Origin: Candidatus Heimdallarchaeota archaeon
GTDB taxonomy: Archaea > Asgardarchaeota > Heimdallarchaeia > Heimdallarchaeales > Heimdallarchaeaceae
Direction of reading: 5' to 3'
DNA: 64,000 nucleotides
Assembly (NCBI GenBank): GCA_019057815.1
Contig: JAHLWR010000006.1
Coordinates: forward strand, 125,298 to 189,297
Below, in pieces: positions 19,575 to 34,500 of the stretch; position 1 is the first letter of the stretch; each line of letters starts with the position of its first letter. The translations under genes were made by a program, and so were the position numbers. The notes under the pieces were generated by a model that did not search any database, had not been told where the DNA came from, and saw only the letters and a list, made by a program, of their open reading frames with translations.

Positions 19575-22500
19575 TTATTTTCTTGATATTCGATCCCATT
19601 GTTTCATAAATTCTTGAACATTAACCCAAGAAATGATCCATCTAGCATTAGATAATGCGTTCTTATTAGTACCAAATGTTGATTGAAAATCATCAAACAT
19701 TTTAGACATTGCATTAAATTTATCGCTGATACTTGCTCTTGCTCCTATTTCTCGTAATGATTCCCAAGCATTTACTAGAGCCATCCCTGTCCATAGTTCA
19801 AACTTATTCCATGGTGTAGTATTGTCATTTATTGCTTTAAGTTGTTTTTCTGAACGTACTAATTCATATAACACATGGTAGAACTTTGCAGTCTCCGAAA
19901 CCACAAATCCTATTTCTCGTCCATTTGCATCTTTTCTTATTAATCTGTTTGGAACCGTTGCAAAGGGGTTTAGTGCTAATTGTATCGCTTTCAATATATT
20001 ATATTCTGTAGTATCTTTTGCAGTATCCTTAATTTTTTCGTCAATATACTCAGCATAACTTAACTTCTTTTGTGTTGATGCTTGTCTGACAGTTTGTCTA
20101 TAATACTCTATAGCAATACTTTCCTTATTTGTTGCTAATTTAACAAAAAGTGGGGTATCATCTTTCCAAACTATCACGTCTTTGCCAAATTCCTGTTCCA
20201 TTATACTTCTACTCACTGGTCTCCATTGTCCCCCATTGGTGATAGCATCATATATTCTGGATATGAATGGGGCGATAAGAATGTTTGCTAGTTTTTTATA
20301 TTCAAGTTCATTTAAGATTGAATCTGGACCTCTTCCGAATGTATATCCGTGCTGACCCATACGCATTATTTCTACTATTATATCAATCATTTCTTTTATT
20401 GTTTTAATTTGATCTGTATTTGATATATATTTACCTTCAGAATAATATCTTTTATTAGATAGATAGATTTGGAGGGCACCCTTTAATTCGATTTCATTAT
20501 CGAGTATGTCCCTAACAGTTAACTCTTGGGGTGTTAACGTCCCTTTATATATATCATATGTTTGTTTTATTTTCTCATGTGCGTTCTCTTTATTGAAATA
20601 ATAAGGCCCAAATTTGCATCTTCTTGGTATTTCATCTTTTAACAGAGCATATTTTAATAACCTCCTCGCACCAGGTATTGACCAACCTAATCTCGTGGGG
20701 CTTCCTTCTTCAGTTTGTGTTCTGAAAGGAGTATCAAATGGCATTTCACCATCATTTCCAAAACTTATACTTTTTGTTTCTATGTTTTCTATTGCATTGA
20801 TAATATACTGATCTAAGGTTCCACCCTTATTATACTCTTTTAAGTATTCTAGTTTTATTATATTAGTACCTTCGGTTTGTATATACTCTTCATTACTTGT
20901 ATAAACTTTTGGAGCGTTACTCTTAGTCATTTGTGACATATGTGATATTAAGTCATCTAGACAGATTCGGTCTTCTTCTCCTATTTTTCTCTTTGATATT
21001 TCAAGAAATTGCATAATATTCCCTTGAGAGTTTCTAACCACTATACATTGCGTACTACCACCTGCATACAGTGTTGTTTCAGCTAATCTTATTAAAAGAA
21101 CAGTAGATGATACTGCACTTACAAGATTATTTATTTTTCCCATTTCTTCTAATTTCTTTATTTGGTCTTGGAACCTTTTGTTTGTAGTTCGCATATGGGT
21201 ATTTTCACTATCTATATTTTTTGTCGATATAGTGATTTTTTCTCCCAACATTTGGTCCATTTCCGAGTCAAAATCCAACGAACCTTGGACATTCATTAAC
21301 ATTTTATCAGTAGTACTATAGCGTCCTACACTGCTAGTATAGTCAGTAAAAGCATTTGCACCATAAAGAAGTTCTGCTCTAGTCCTTCTACTGCTTTGTG
21401 GTGTTTCAAACATCCCATTTTCATTCGTTTGACGTTGTAATAGTAATGATGTATGTGTATCTACATTTGGTGAATAGTCAAGGTCGGAATGAGCTTTATG
21501 TACTGTTTCAAACAGATTTAGTTCCCATCCTCTTCTAGTGTTTACGTTATCATAGTAACCATTTGTAAGTCCGTTAATCAATCCTGTTATCATTTGTCTC
21601 TCAAATTGTTCATTTATTGCCATATATTGTTTCGCTACAGAAGATATAGCGGGTAAGTTATTTTCCATGTTTATATCTAGCACTGTTTTTAATTCATCGA
21701 TTATTTGTGCTCTTAGGTTTTGTGCACTATCAGCTAACCACACACTTCCATCTTGTTTGAAAGTATAGTACTTTCCACTTTCTTCAGCATAAAAAATTGC
21801 AGGCGTAACTTGGTATTTTGTTCCATCTTTTGATTTAAATTCTAGTACGTTTCTATGTGTAGGATTGTTTGAACGAACAAATGATTCAGCATGAAGATTT
21901 ATGCTTGATGTCTTACCATCAAATTCTACTTCAGTTATCTCTGTAGTTGTACCTGGTAATCTTATTGAATAGACTTCAGTATGGGCTCTATATTTTATCA
22001 TGTCAATGTTTGTGCCTAGATTGTCCGAAGAATGAGAAAGATGGAGTCTATAATCGCTGGGGGTTCCTCCGCTATCATACTCAATGATAAAACCATTTTC
22101 ATCCCTAATAGGAGCTAATTCTCCTTGTGCAAAAGCGGTTAAATCAGATATAATGGCTTGTTTTTGTAAGTGTTGAATGATATTATACCCAGCATCCGCG
22201 TTTTTAGCATCTAATGCAACAATAAGATCTGCTACTGTCCATCTATTATTTTTTCCTGGGAAGACATCGTATTCTCTCTGTACTGTACCTATAATATTTT
22301 TTGTGTTTAGTGTTCCACCATTAGGTGTAGAATATTGTTTAACGAATAATTCATTTTTTTCTGTTACGCCATATATTATACCCGCATGTCTTAAGAAAGA
22401 TTGTGCATCTAGAGATAATTCATTCACAAATATGGTGTTTTTAGTACCAGTCAAATCACTTATGCTGTATTCACCTGAATAACATTTAGCTTCAACGTTT

Positions 22501-25500
22501 ATCATAACATCAATTTGTTCATAAGTTATTGTTGTCTTATGTGTTTCAGAATTATAATGATATGTAGGAATAAGCTTCTTACCTGCTATGAACGCATCTT
22601 TACCTTGTTTTTCTCCATGATATTTTTGGTCATCGGTTTTTTCAAACAACCATTTCAAGGATTCTGTTGTAACTCTTCCTGTACCATCTACTTCGAAAGA
22701 AGGAATAATATCAGTAACTTTACCATTTTCATCAACTACAGCTCTCAACCAAGGACTTATCAAATCGTTTGAAGGCAAATCTTTTTCCGCACGATCGTGA
22801 ATTGTATGTTCGACTTTTTCCATCATTTGTTGTTTTAGAAGTGGTTCTTGTAAGACCATCATATCTCTGTAGAAAGTTGATGCAAAATGTATCTTTTCTT
22901 TAGAACCAGTATGTTCGAATCTGAACTCATAATAAAGGTTCATCATTTCCTGTACTAGGTTTCTAAAACCTATCTTATATATATCATTAGTATTGTATTT
23001 TTTACTTTTTTTAACCCATTCAATAAAATCTTTATATCCAGCTTGTTCTGATTCCACCCATTTTCCAAACTCCTTCATAGAGACTTTCTGACCAACATTG
23101 TTTAGAAAGTCGTCAGTGATTACTTGTTCGAGATCTTGAGCTTTTTTAATAATGTATAACATATCAAAGAGAGGGGTATTTTCATAATCCTCTGCAGAAG
23201 ACCATTTTATGAAATTATTAACAGGAACATTTCCAGGTATTATTTTATCAAGAGGAATTAGAACCCTACCATCACTTGTAGTTATGAAAGAAGATTGTTT
23301 AGATGTAGTATCTTTCATTATCCAAATATTTAGAAGTTCATCTTCTGGCTTTGTTCCTGAATCTTCCCAATACCTTTCATGTGCAGACATCCACTCTTTC
23401 GTAATGTCTCCCTTTTTAACAGTATCTCGAAGCTCTTGAATATACGTTTCGTCATAGATTATTCCACGTGAGGTTACACTTCTAAGATACTGTAGATAGA
23501 AGTTCAGTCTTTCTCTTTCACAAATAGACTCTTTAAAAAGTTCTTTATAAGTAGGCCTTTTTGGTTCACTTTCATCTACAGGATTAACTTTATAGTTTTC
23601 TATTTCAATACTGCCATCTGTAGGAACATCTGTATTCAAACTAAATTTATAATTAGGTGGTGGTACGTAATGATCCCAATCTTCAATTTCTATACCAAGA
23701 GTGGGCAAGATACTTTCTAGTTCACTTATATCTTGGAGATCATACATCCATTCCATGACATTATGGAACCAGAAAGTATGACCAAATGATTGACCTAATT
23801 TCCAAGCATTATTTCCTCTTAATTTCTGAGGATCCATTCCTGAAACTATTCTCGCTAGTTTTGTCTTGCTCAATGGACGCATCTTGCAGAAAAGTTGTAA
23901 TCCAGTCATAACAAGAGCTTCAGGAAGTCCCATTACCCCTCCTAAAACTTTTTGATAAAGCATTTGAGGGAGAAATATACCCCAATTAAGAAATTGCATT
24001 ACTGCACTGGCTGTTAGAAGGGAGTAGAGTTTCCTATTTCTAATGGTTTTTTGAATATTCTTGTTGTTTTCCCAAACATCAGAAATAGTTTCGAATCCAT
24101 CTCTCACTATCTTCCTTTGGGGATGAACAGGAACAGAAAGTTTAGGAGACAAACCTAAATCTTTCATATCCTCAGTAACTTGACCCATGTATTTCCTCCA
24201 TGCTTGTCCATCTTTCAGCTGTTGTTGTAAGACGTTTTGAGCTTCTGCAATTGGATCAGGACCACGACTGACTAATGCAGCAATATCTCCAGGTATTTGA
24301 GCCATAGCAAGTCTTCGATAAAAATCATCAGGATCAAGGAACATATCTCTGATATCTTGCCATAAAGCAATAATGTCGAATTTAGCTAGAAACATTTCCA
24401 TTACTCCCATAAAAGTAGACTCTCCCATTCCAAGACCAAAACCTCCGGGAAGTATGGCATTATCACTTAATCCCATAAACCACTCATAATGCCAAGTAGA
24501 GTCAGGATTTGATTCATCATCATAAACTTTGTAAATGACTATATCAGATTCTCTTACTGTTCCATCGGGAAGATAATTAGAGGAATTGTTCTTGGTGAAA
24601 GGAACATAAATAGAACTTGTATTAGCGCCAACAGTTTCACTAATGGAAACCACAAATCCAAGATTGCGTAAAAGTTCAGCTGCTGCTGCAACACGCGTAT
24701 CATTACTCTCCCAATGTTCGTCATCATAAAAACCGATTTCATAATTGCCATTACCTTGTTCTTTTTGAACATACAATCGTGCAAAATTAACTAAAAGAGC
24801 CATAAAGGCGTTTTCTTCTCCCACTTGCCATTCATGAGAACCAAAATGTTCGTCAACAAATTCAACGTTATGAGCTCTATAATTTAAATGTAATAGTTCA
24901 TCAGTATTGGAATTAACAAATGGATATTCATAAACACTTGAACCCCCAGTACATCCCCCGATCGTCAAAACCCAAAACAGTAGAAAAGTAAATTTTCTAA
25001 GTATAGCTAGTTGAGTATCAGCATCACCGGACATAGATTTAACACCTGCTTTAGCCCATCCAGCAATGGCTTTCCAAGCAATAGTTAATTTCTTCCAAAT
25101 ATTCTGGAAGAATCCAGAAACACTCTGCCAAGAACGTTCGGCTACACCTTTCAAATAAGCCATTTTATTGTTGAAACTGAGTTCATGGGAGAACAAAACA
25201 TTAAATGTTGTTGTAATGAACTTCCAAGCATCAGAGAACCAAGCAACTATTTTATCAATCATCACTTGGAATTGGTAAGTTAGCCCCTCAGCTATGAAAT
25301 TAGGATAATTGAGCATATCAAGAACGATCATCCCTACAAAGAGAGCTCCTTCAATCCACAGACCTATAACAAAAGCACTACCTATCATCCCCATAAATGG
25401 TAACCCAACAGTTGCTAAGTATGGACATACAACAAATCCTACAAGATAAGTAACAAACATTAATCCTGCCATAATCGCATAAGCATCCTTATGTTCCCAA

Positions 25501-28500
25501 ATGTTCTGCCAGAAGGTGCTATTAGGAGTGAATAATTCATTAAAGATGAATTTAAAGGCGTTAAAAACTTGTTTTATAGGACAAAGGACTTCTCGTTGAA
25601 TAAAATCATGTAATTGTCTATAAAGAGACTTACTTAAAGCTATGAAAGCACCGAAATAGTCGATACTTGTAAGATATTCACTGAGTGTTATACAAGCTTT
25701 TGATAGAGTTTGTGATGGAGAAAGTGGTCGTGAATCAACATCGTCTACAGTGATATCAGTAATAATAAACAAACCAGTGGAGCTTAATATAGCATCTCCA
25801 TAAGAGGATGAGACAGATATTGAAGCTTTACCTATTTCATAAGCGAGAGCATTGCTCCCATATAGAATATGTAGTTGTTTAGTAAGCAAATTTATAGTTA
25901 TAACTCTATTATGGAGAGTTATTCGCATCTGAGAGCCGGAAAAATCAGTGAAGGAGCCATTTTTAATGGTAATTGTAAAACTATCCTTAATTCCCAAATG
26001 AACATGTTGCTTGCCTACATCCCAAATTTCAATATCTACAACATTTTGTAGTTCAATATTCATACTGCTTCCAATACTTTGAATATTGAAATCACTTTCT
26101 TGAAGTGTTAAAACGTTAGAGCTTTCGCCCGTAATAGTATTAACAGCTTGAGAAACAAAAATCTCAGTATAACCTAAAATATGTGAATTGTAAGTAGAAG
26201 ATTCTAACCCTAAACTCTTCATTTTCGCTAAAGAGTTAGTTTCAAGACCACAAGGAGCAGTGGATTGAACTTCTACCTTCTGAATATATATCTCTTGAGC
26301 TTCATGATTGGTGGATTGATCATAAATAATTGCTGCAACTACATATCCAACCTTATCAGTATCATCATAATCAGCGACACCTATCCACACCATTCTTGTA
26401 ACATGAAACATGAAACCATCGTAATTGACACTGGAATAGAGATAATCTTTAGAAGTATAAGGTCGTCTAGCAACGTCTGTAGTAGAAGAATAGGGGATGT
26501 TTAATCCGCCTTTATATTCATCTAGAACTAGATATAACCTGTTTTGTGAGAGTTTTTCAGAAAGGTCCAGACTATAATCGGTAGGACCAGCAAAGGGTAT
26601 AATAGCATCAGTTAATCCTTCAATAGATATAGAGAAGTTGAGAGTTTCACTATTAATTCTATTTAGGAAGAAACTGAAAGAATGGAAACCCTTTCTATGC
26701 CAAGAAGTATTGAAAGTATCTCCAAGATAGGAATCATAAATAGAATAAGGTTCTCCCATTATTTCAAGTTTGAATTTATCATTAGTATCTGTAATAGGAA
26801 GCAAAGTATCAAAAGAAGTACCATTATATGCTGTGGGATAATGAATAGCGACACCATCAACAAAAATAGCAGCAAGTTGATCAATATTTAAGTTAGAATG
26901 TAGTATAAATGAGTAAGGATCAACTATATCAGCTAAAAGGTAGAGATAGAAGGTACATAAAATTTGAGAGTTGTTATCATATTCTTCGATATCTCCAAGA
27001 GACATAATATTCCCATATTCGTTGATTTTAGAGCGCTCAAAATATACTTCTGCTTTTGAAACATTGTTAACTAATATATCTCCAGGAAGAGGAACAGCTC
27101 GTTGTAAGAAATCATAAATTCCAAAAGACATAGAATTATTATCATAGAAATTGATCCATGGAGAACCATTGGGTGCCCATTCTCCTTCCATATCAATCCA
27201 AGTACTAGGTGTAGAGACAACATATTCTGGTATGAAAGTGTTATTTAGTTCATCTCTCTGTAGTTCAATTGAGTTTAATTGAGGGAGAAAGACATGGTCA
27301 AGAATAACATCTACTTGGAAGAATAGAGTGGTATCAAGAGAGATATTCTGCATACCATGATTCATGACTCTGAAGATAAACCTGGATAACCCACCATAGA
27401 CATGAATTGGAAGAATATGTATTACACTATCATATTCTCCCAGAATAGGTGGTTGATAAGAATACATCGTTGGGATAAGTAGTTCAAATTCCATATTAGT
27501 ATTAATGACAAGTGAACCATAACATTCAGAGACAGTTTTAGTCGTGAACGAAAGATAGAAGGAAGTATCGTTTCCAGGATAAATATTGAATAAATCAGTG
27601 AAATCAATTCTTCCAAGATTATTTGCAGAAATCTCCTTCCAATGTGAAGCAACAGGCATAGATACGCTCTCTAAATCTTCTGAAGGCCAAACAGCTGCAG
27701 GAGGAACATAGAGAGCAAAATTATCAACAAAAATAGAAGAACCAGTATTTGCTGTAATAGAGAGAGGGTAACTTCCAAAAGAGGTATATTTAGCAATGGT
27801 ATAACAATTCTTAACTAAAGCCATGGGTTCTGATGCATCTAATTCTGTAAGGAGATCAATTAATTTAGATTCTCCAACAGGAAGATATTCAACATATTGA
27901 AGATAAGTGGTAAAAAGAGATTGATAATGGTGCCAAGAATCATCATCAACGATAGTATCATAGATTCTTACGAGTTGATAATCATTAAAACCTTCAGTGT
28001 AAATTTGCTTATCTAATGAGCTATCTCCTGAAAGAACAAGTTCAATTAAGAGATTCCTTGAATCGTAGTTATAATCATTAATATACATAGCTAGAGTAGG
28101 AATAGAGATAATAATACTGTCCCCATTTGGGATCTTGTAGTAAATCTCTAATGCTGTAGCTGGTTTGATGTCAAGAATGAAATCACAATAATTATCACCG
28201 TTGAATAACTCTGTTACATTCCCCATTGTTTCATCATTTACAATTGAGATAATATACTCTTCAGGTGAATTGAAATCTATTTTATATATAGAATCGATTA
28301 ACTCATCTACATCTTCATCAGGAGCTGTATACAACCAGTCGGTTATTGGTATAGACTCTCCTAAAGCCAACCTATCGAGTTCAATAAGGTTATCAAAATG
28401 TAAAGTATACAAATGTAACCCTACAGTATCAAAATTTTGTAAACTTATTAATATTGGATGGAAACTTGCCATAGGTGAATATTTAACCATTTTTTCACCT

Positions 28501-31500
28501 ATTAATTGTCCATCACCATAGACAGTTATCTTTGTAGGACCTAGTAAGGGGTTGGCAAAAACTTGTAAATAACATGTAGTATTAGAATACTCATTAGAGA
28601 AGAGGGGTTCATTAAGTTGGGTGTCATATACCCAATTATCCATATTACAAGTGGTGAAATAACTATTAAGAGTATCAATAATAACTTCTGCTAGAAAGAG
28701 CATTCCTTTAGTAGCAGATATTTCAATATCGTAGAGATATCCTTCAATAAGGGTAGTATTTTCAGTGAAAGACCAACTTATAGGTTCTTGTGAGTTTTTG
28801 GTCGTGTCGATAATTGTTAATTCTTGATGTGTTTGATTGAAAGAATAAGATAGATCGTAAAAATGCTCATTTAAAAAGATAAAATCTAAGTAACTATTAT
28901 TGAAATAGAGATAATTATCAATAATAGAGATGTTGAACAGATTTAAACTATTATAAGAACTAATAAAACTTGCATCAGTGGTACCGTTCATAAGGAATAG
29001 AGCATTAAAAATATTAAGTGTTGCATTATACATGGTGTAAGTAGAAGAGATAGAGCTCTCATCTAGTAATAAGGAATATTTGCTATCACCTTTCAACCAG
29101 TAAGAAACTTCTCCAGCACCCCATAGTCCTCTACCATAAGCGTAGACCAAGTCACTTGCTTGCATTTTTCCATTTGAAATGTAATCAATATATGCTAAAC
29201 TATTAACAGTTGAAATGGATAATCTTACATCTGCAACAGAATCCATACCAAACATGCCTGTATAATACTTAGTTTCCCGATGTTCATAATCACCGGCTTT
29301 CCAGACAGTAAAAATCACATCTCCGTGATTTACACTAACAGCAACAAAATAGGGTTTATCATATTCGTTAGGATTAATCTCATAAAAGGCATCAACGGTT
29401 CTGTAACCAAAGAAATCTAAACTATAAAGATGATCATCAACATAAGTTCCCCATCCATATCTACTGAAAATAATTTCCCTTTCTTGACCAAGGTTATTTT
29501 CAATAGCAATCTTGATGTATTTTTCTTTGTCGAAGGAAACAATATTTTGTTGAGGGTTAAGGATTGAAATTATAAAGTTTGTATCGGTATTATCTTGATA
29601 AGGTGTTTCAATAGTTCCATCTAACCACAATCCATCACTTGAAACATGGCTTGAGCCACTATTAAGGTTGACATAATCTCCTGAATCGTTAGCTAAAAGG
29701 GGTGAGATAGAAAGGTAATTGTAAGTGAAATTAGTATTGTTAGCATACAAACCTATTTGTCCTTTACTTCGCATGTCGTAATCTATTTTACTATTATCAC
29801 CGAACCAACCATTATGACACTCATATATTCCATCGTCCAAATATTGAATTTCTAATAATTCTTCAATACCATATCTGGGATAAGTTCTATAAGTCTTAGC
29901 GAAGATATTTAGACTTATTCCTGTTTCTGAAAAAGTTTTAACAATTGTAAGTTTTAAGGGAACTATTATATCTTTATTACCATCAAACGAATTACCAAGT
30001 TTAGTTATTTCATTTAGATACAGGATATCATAAGATGAATCAGAATAATATCTTGCAACGATTAATGACACAGGATAAGTCCAATCATCATAACTGTAGC
30101 CTTTTACAGTAAAACCGACGAAAATGGAATCAAAGAACAAGTTATCTGGATCGCTTTCAGGAATATTAATCATTATTCCTGCTGTAGAATTGTAATAATT
30201 CCTCGGATATACCCCCATTTCAAGTTGTATAACACAATCACCGTAGCTTTGAGTGTTAAGATAAGCAGAAGAATAACCCGTTGAACTATTTTGAACAAGA
30301 ACATAATCATTATTCGAATACATAAAATCACCATAAGTTGGGACGAAGTTATGGTCATATTCTAATTTATCAGGTTCATCAAAATTAAAGATATGTGGAG
30401 AAGTGTCTATATTTTCAGTGATAAAAGATATTTCATCAATAGAAACCATCATGGTTTCATTCACCACAATAGAATATCCACTAATTTGTTGAATGTCATA
30501 TTTATTCAATTCAATTACATCACTAGTAACAAAAGAGATATTTTGACTTTCAATCTCGAAAATAACCTTATCGGAAGTGCCAACAAACATGAATTTGTAA
30601 GGATTAGTAAAACTGAACTCTTTTTCAAGTTTAATGGGACCTCTTAAAAGAAGATTACCGAAAATTACGTCATCATCGGTAGGGGGTATAAAGACTTTAT
30701 CTAACAAACACATGAATATAGTGATATCCGTTTGAGCCATGAATCCATAACCATATCCAATGAACGTAGAAAGCCAATTTTCGTAGAACATTAGAGGATT
30801 AGTGATTATTAAGTCTCCATGTTCAGTTTCATTGTATTCGACTCCTTCAAGATTGACATATCCTCCTACCCATTCTCCTATTGATGATGGAAGACTTGAA
30901 GCATTAACTAACCAAGTAGCTTCATATTGATCCATACCTATATCCATACCAAACGAACTAATGTTAATCGCTACAGAACCACCTATTTGTGCAGAATCAA
31001 TTAGTCTCCCGCTAAATTTCTTATAATCATCATATGTTAGTAAATGAAGCGAACCGTCCTCATCAACTCCTCTCATAAAGGGTTCTGTACCTACCCATAG
31101 CAAGTAGTTTCCTACATATTGCCATTCTTCCAAAAGAGTTGTAATAAAAGGTCTTCCAAAATGGTCATAGATGTAATATTCTTCTATTAGTTTTGTAGGA
31201 ATCTCATCAAAAATAGTAAGAATAACTTGTTTATTAATATTAATCGAATTATTAAACCACTGGATAAATTCTGGATCGTCAGAGTCGAAAGAAATAACTG
31301 GGACTTCATAAAGTGATTGGATCATTGTAACAAAATCTTGTTCTTCAGCATATCTTTCAGGTGTGCAATGACTTCCAAGCAAAAACGTCAAAATAGTATT
31401 AGTACTATAGTGCACTCCAACATCTGCTATTGAGTCAACGGTTGATACAACAGAAGAATCGTCGTAATGGAGGTAATTATATCCATAGATTTTGTATATC

Positions 31501-34500
31501 ATAAAGTTGCGTAGAAAGATTTTACACGGAGATGTAACCTTAATTGTTATTTCCCCTAAGAGATTATTTGTGAAGGGATAAAGGATCTCGTAAAGATTTT
31601 TCTTAATTGAAACAAAACCTAATGTAGTATCAATATTTGGAGTTATATCAAATGTCATGTTTTCGATAACAAGATAAATTGTTCCTTCAGGGAATTTTTC
31701 CTCTGTCATAATATCAAAGGAGAAAAAGGGATAATTGCTTACATTAAGAGGAGGGATATGCAAAGTTGCTTGGCAAGTTTGTGTAGTTGTGTGATCAATA
31801 ATCATAAGATTGTTGGAAAATTGAATTTCCATTCCAGATGCTGTCCAAAGTGAACTACTAAGTGTTTGTTGAGATAGAAAAATCTCTTTTGTCCACACAG
31901 ACTCATCCCATCCAGTAGGAGAAAGATAGCCTTCGAACTCTTCTTCCCATCCAAACATATCAGAAGAATAAACATAATCCTCTTCAGCCTCTGCCCATGA
32001 TTGAGGATAGCCTGTTTCCAACATGTAAAGACTGATGGGGATCATTCTATCAATACATATTATTACCTCAAACAATCCATTGTACCCTATAATCATTAAT
32101 GAATGAGTGTAAGTGTCAATATCATTATCCAAGAAAATTATGCCACCAACAAAATAAGCACTATTGATATCAAAAGACTCTCCAATAGGTAGCAAATAGA
32201 CTAACAACTGTAACCTTTCTGTGATATTTTCAAAAGAATAATAGTTTGACAGTGCAGTTATGCTTAATTTTGTTTCTTCCTCTATCCACATATCATAAGA
32301 AGCAATAAAGTTTTGTTCTGTGGGTATTTCCCTACTTAATAATCCTGTCTCATCTTGTTGAGCAGTATTAATCATGATATTACTGATGATAAATTCGTTA
32401 GGTGTAATTATTCCAGTATAAGGAGCAGCTTGAGTGATTCGTAATCCGAAAATGTCAGAATGTAATGAAGGAAGAGATTCTAAATCATAATCAAATGTTT
32501 CTGATACAGGTATGAAATAATCTCCTCTACAAATCGCAAAAAGAAGATTATCTCCCTTTCTAGCAAACCTAAACCATTTATTTACCTCTGTTATACCATC
32601 ATCCTCGTAAGATAAGACAAGTTTGTCATATAGATAGATATCAACTTGTAAAGTGTCATTAAACACCATTAATATCGTAAATACTGTTTGATAAGAATTA
32701 TCTAAGAGTTCAATTTTTAAAATCCCAATATTATTATATTCAAGATCGACTAAGGGTTTAAAAGATAGGATAAAATCTTCGACACATATAATATCTTTGA
32801 AATAGCTTCTACCTCTAAGTCCTTCTGAAGGAGTGTTGAAATTGAATAGAGTTTTAAGTCCTCCAGAATGAGAAAAGGGAACATCATCTGTTGATGTTTC
32901 ACCATAGGTATGAGTTGAAAAGTCATCCATAATTACAAAATCAGTTTCATATATTCTTGGAACAAATTCTGCAACAGTTATTGGAGGAACAGGGTTAGAA
33001 ACAGGCATATTTCTTGCATTAAGATAAATTGCATCAATTAACATCGTATGAGCCGTGTAACTTTTAGCTAATTGTTTGAGTTTTATTCTATCAATATTAA
33101 TATTTTCTATTTCATTAGTATATTCGAATATTTTATTGAGTTGATTAGAGGAAATATCGCTGTATATGGAAAGAGTATTCCCTATTCGTTCAATACGAAA
33201 AACGTTTTGATCAAGTTTTTGACTTGTAACGTATGTATCTTGTTTAATTCCATCAATTAATAAAATGATTTCTATACTACTTTGAGATGTGGATATTATA
33301 TCTAGTTGGAATAAATTGTGATGACGGATGGAATTTTCTAATACTAAAGATATTATTCCTTCCGAACCATCAAGTAGAAAAGATAATCTTATATCAAAAT
33401 AGAAATCTCTCTGGAACGAGTGTTTGTAAGAGTAAGTGTTGCCATACCAATTACTTTTGTTCACTCCAAAATCAGTTAGAAGTTTTGTTCCATCGATAAG
33501 TGAATAACTGTTAGTATAATATCCAATACCATTTACATCCCAATTCAAGGTTTGAAAATGGTCATTAATAATGATATGTCCATCAGACCAAGGAGATAAA
33601 TAAGCATTAGCAGCAGAGTCACTAAAAACAACATTCCCAAAGGCGAAGGTAATAGGATTATTAGAAGGGTTTGTGGTAATCTCAAGTTTAATATTGTTTA
33701 TTGCCTCACTGTTTGAACTTATTGAAATCATGGGTTCAAGCGAATATAAATGCAAAATGTCCGAATATAGCACAACAGATGTTCCACTTTTTGTTATTCG
33801 TAGTGTATTGTAATTTAATATAGTTTTATCAAGAGTAATGGTACTTGTATCAGTATTAGACTCTAAAGTGAATATCATATTTGTTCCACTAAAAACAACT
33901 GTAAGTTTAAGTGTTTCATCATTTAATAAAAGCCTAAATTGTCCAGTATTTAAGTTGGCAATAGCACTCATTAATATATCAATTGTGAAATCGGTATCAG
34001 AGGCATTAAGATTTCTAGTAAATGTTACATTTGCTGTAGTAAGTGAAGGATTAGTGGGAATAATATATAATAAGTCATCTTTATTGCTAATTGAAAAATC
34101 TGTTTCTGCACAGTTTGTATATGTTTCTTCCCATATACCTGATAACCATGCTGGATAAAGATCATCGTTGAATATTGTATTAATGGAAGATGTTTCATAA
34201 CCCATCTTATAATAATATTCGTCAATTATAAGATCGTTAACATAAGCATCGATATAAGGAGTATTCTCATAAGCTGTTTGTTTAAGTTTTATTTCATCGA
34301 AGATAAGTTCACTAAAAGATAAATCTATAGTAACCAAATCACTCCATGAATCCCTATCATAAAGACTTATTTTACAATCATATTCTTCTTTTACTATCCT
34401 GACAACATAGTTTAGTATTTTGTTCTCTATTATGTTTTGATAAACGATGGTTTCACCGTGATGTATCATAAGATATGTAGCTTTTGAATTCTCATCAGCA

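Noticed and set aside
25050-25250. Phage tape-measure protein or provirus interpretation of the giant gene
   Set aside because: The Trp periodicity spans under 100 aa, the protein has a signal peptide, and no capsid, terminase, portal, tail or integrase genes are visible.
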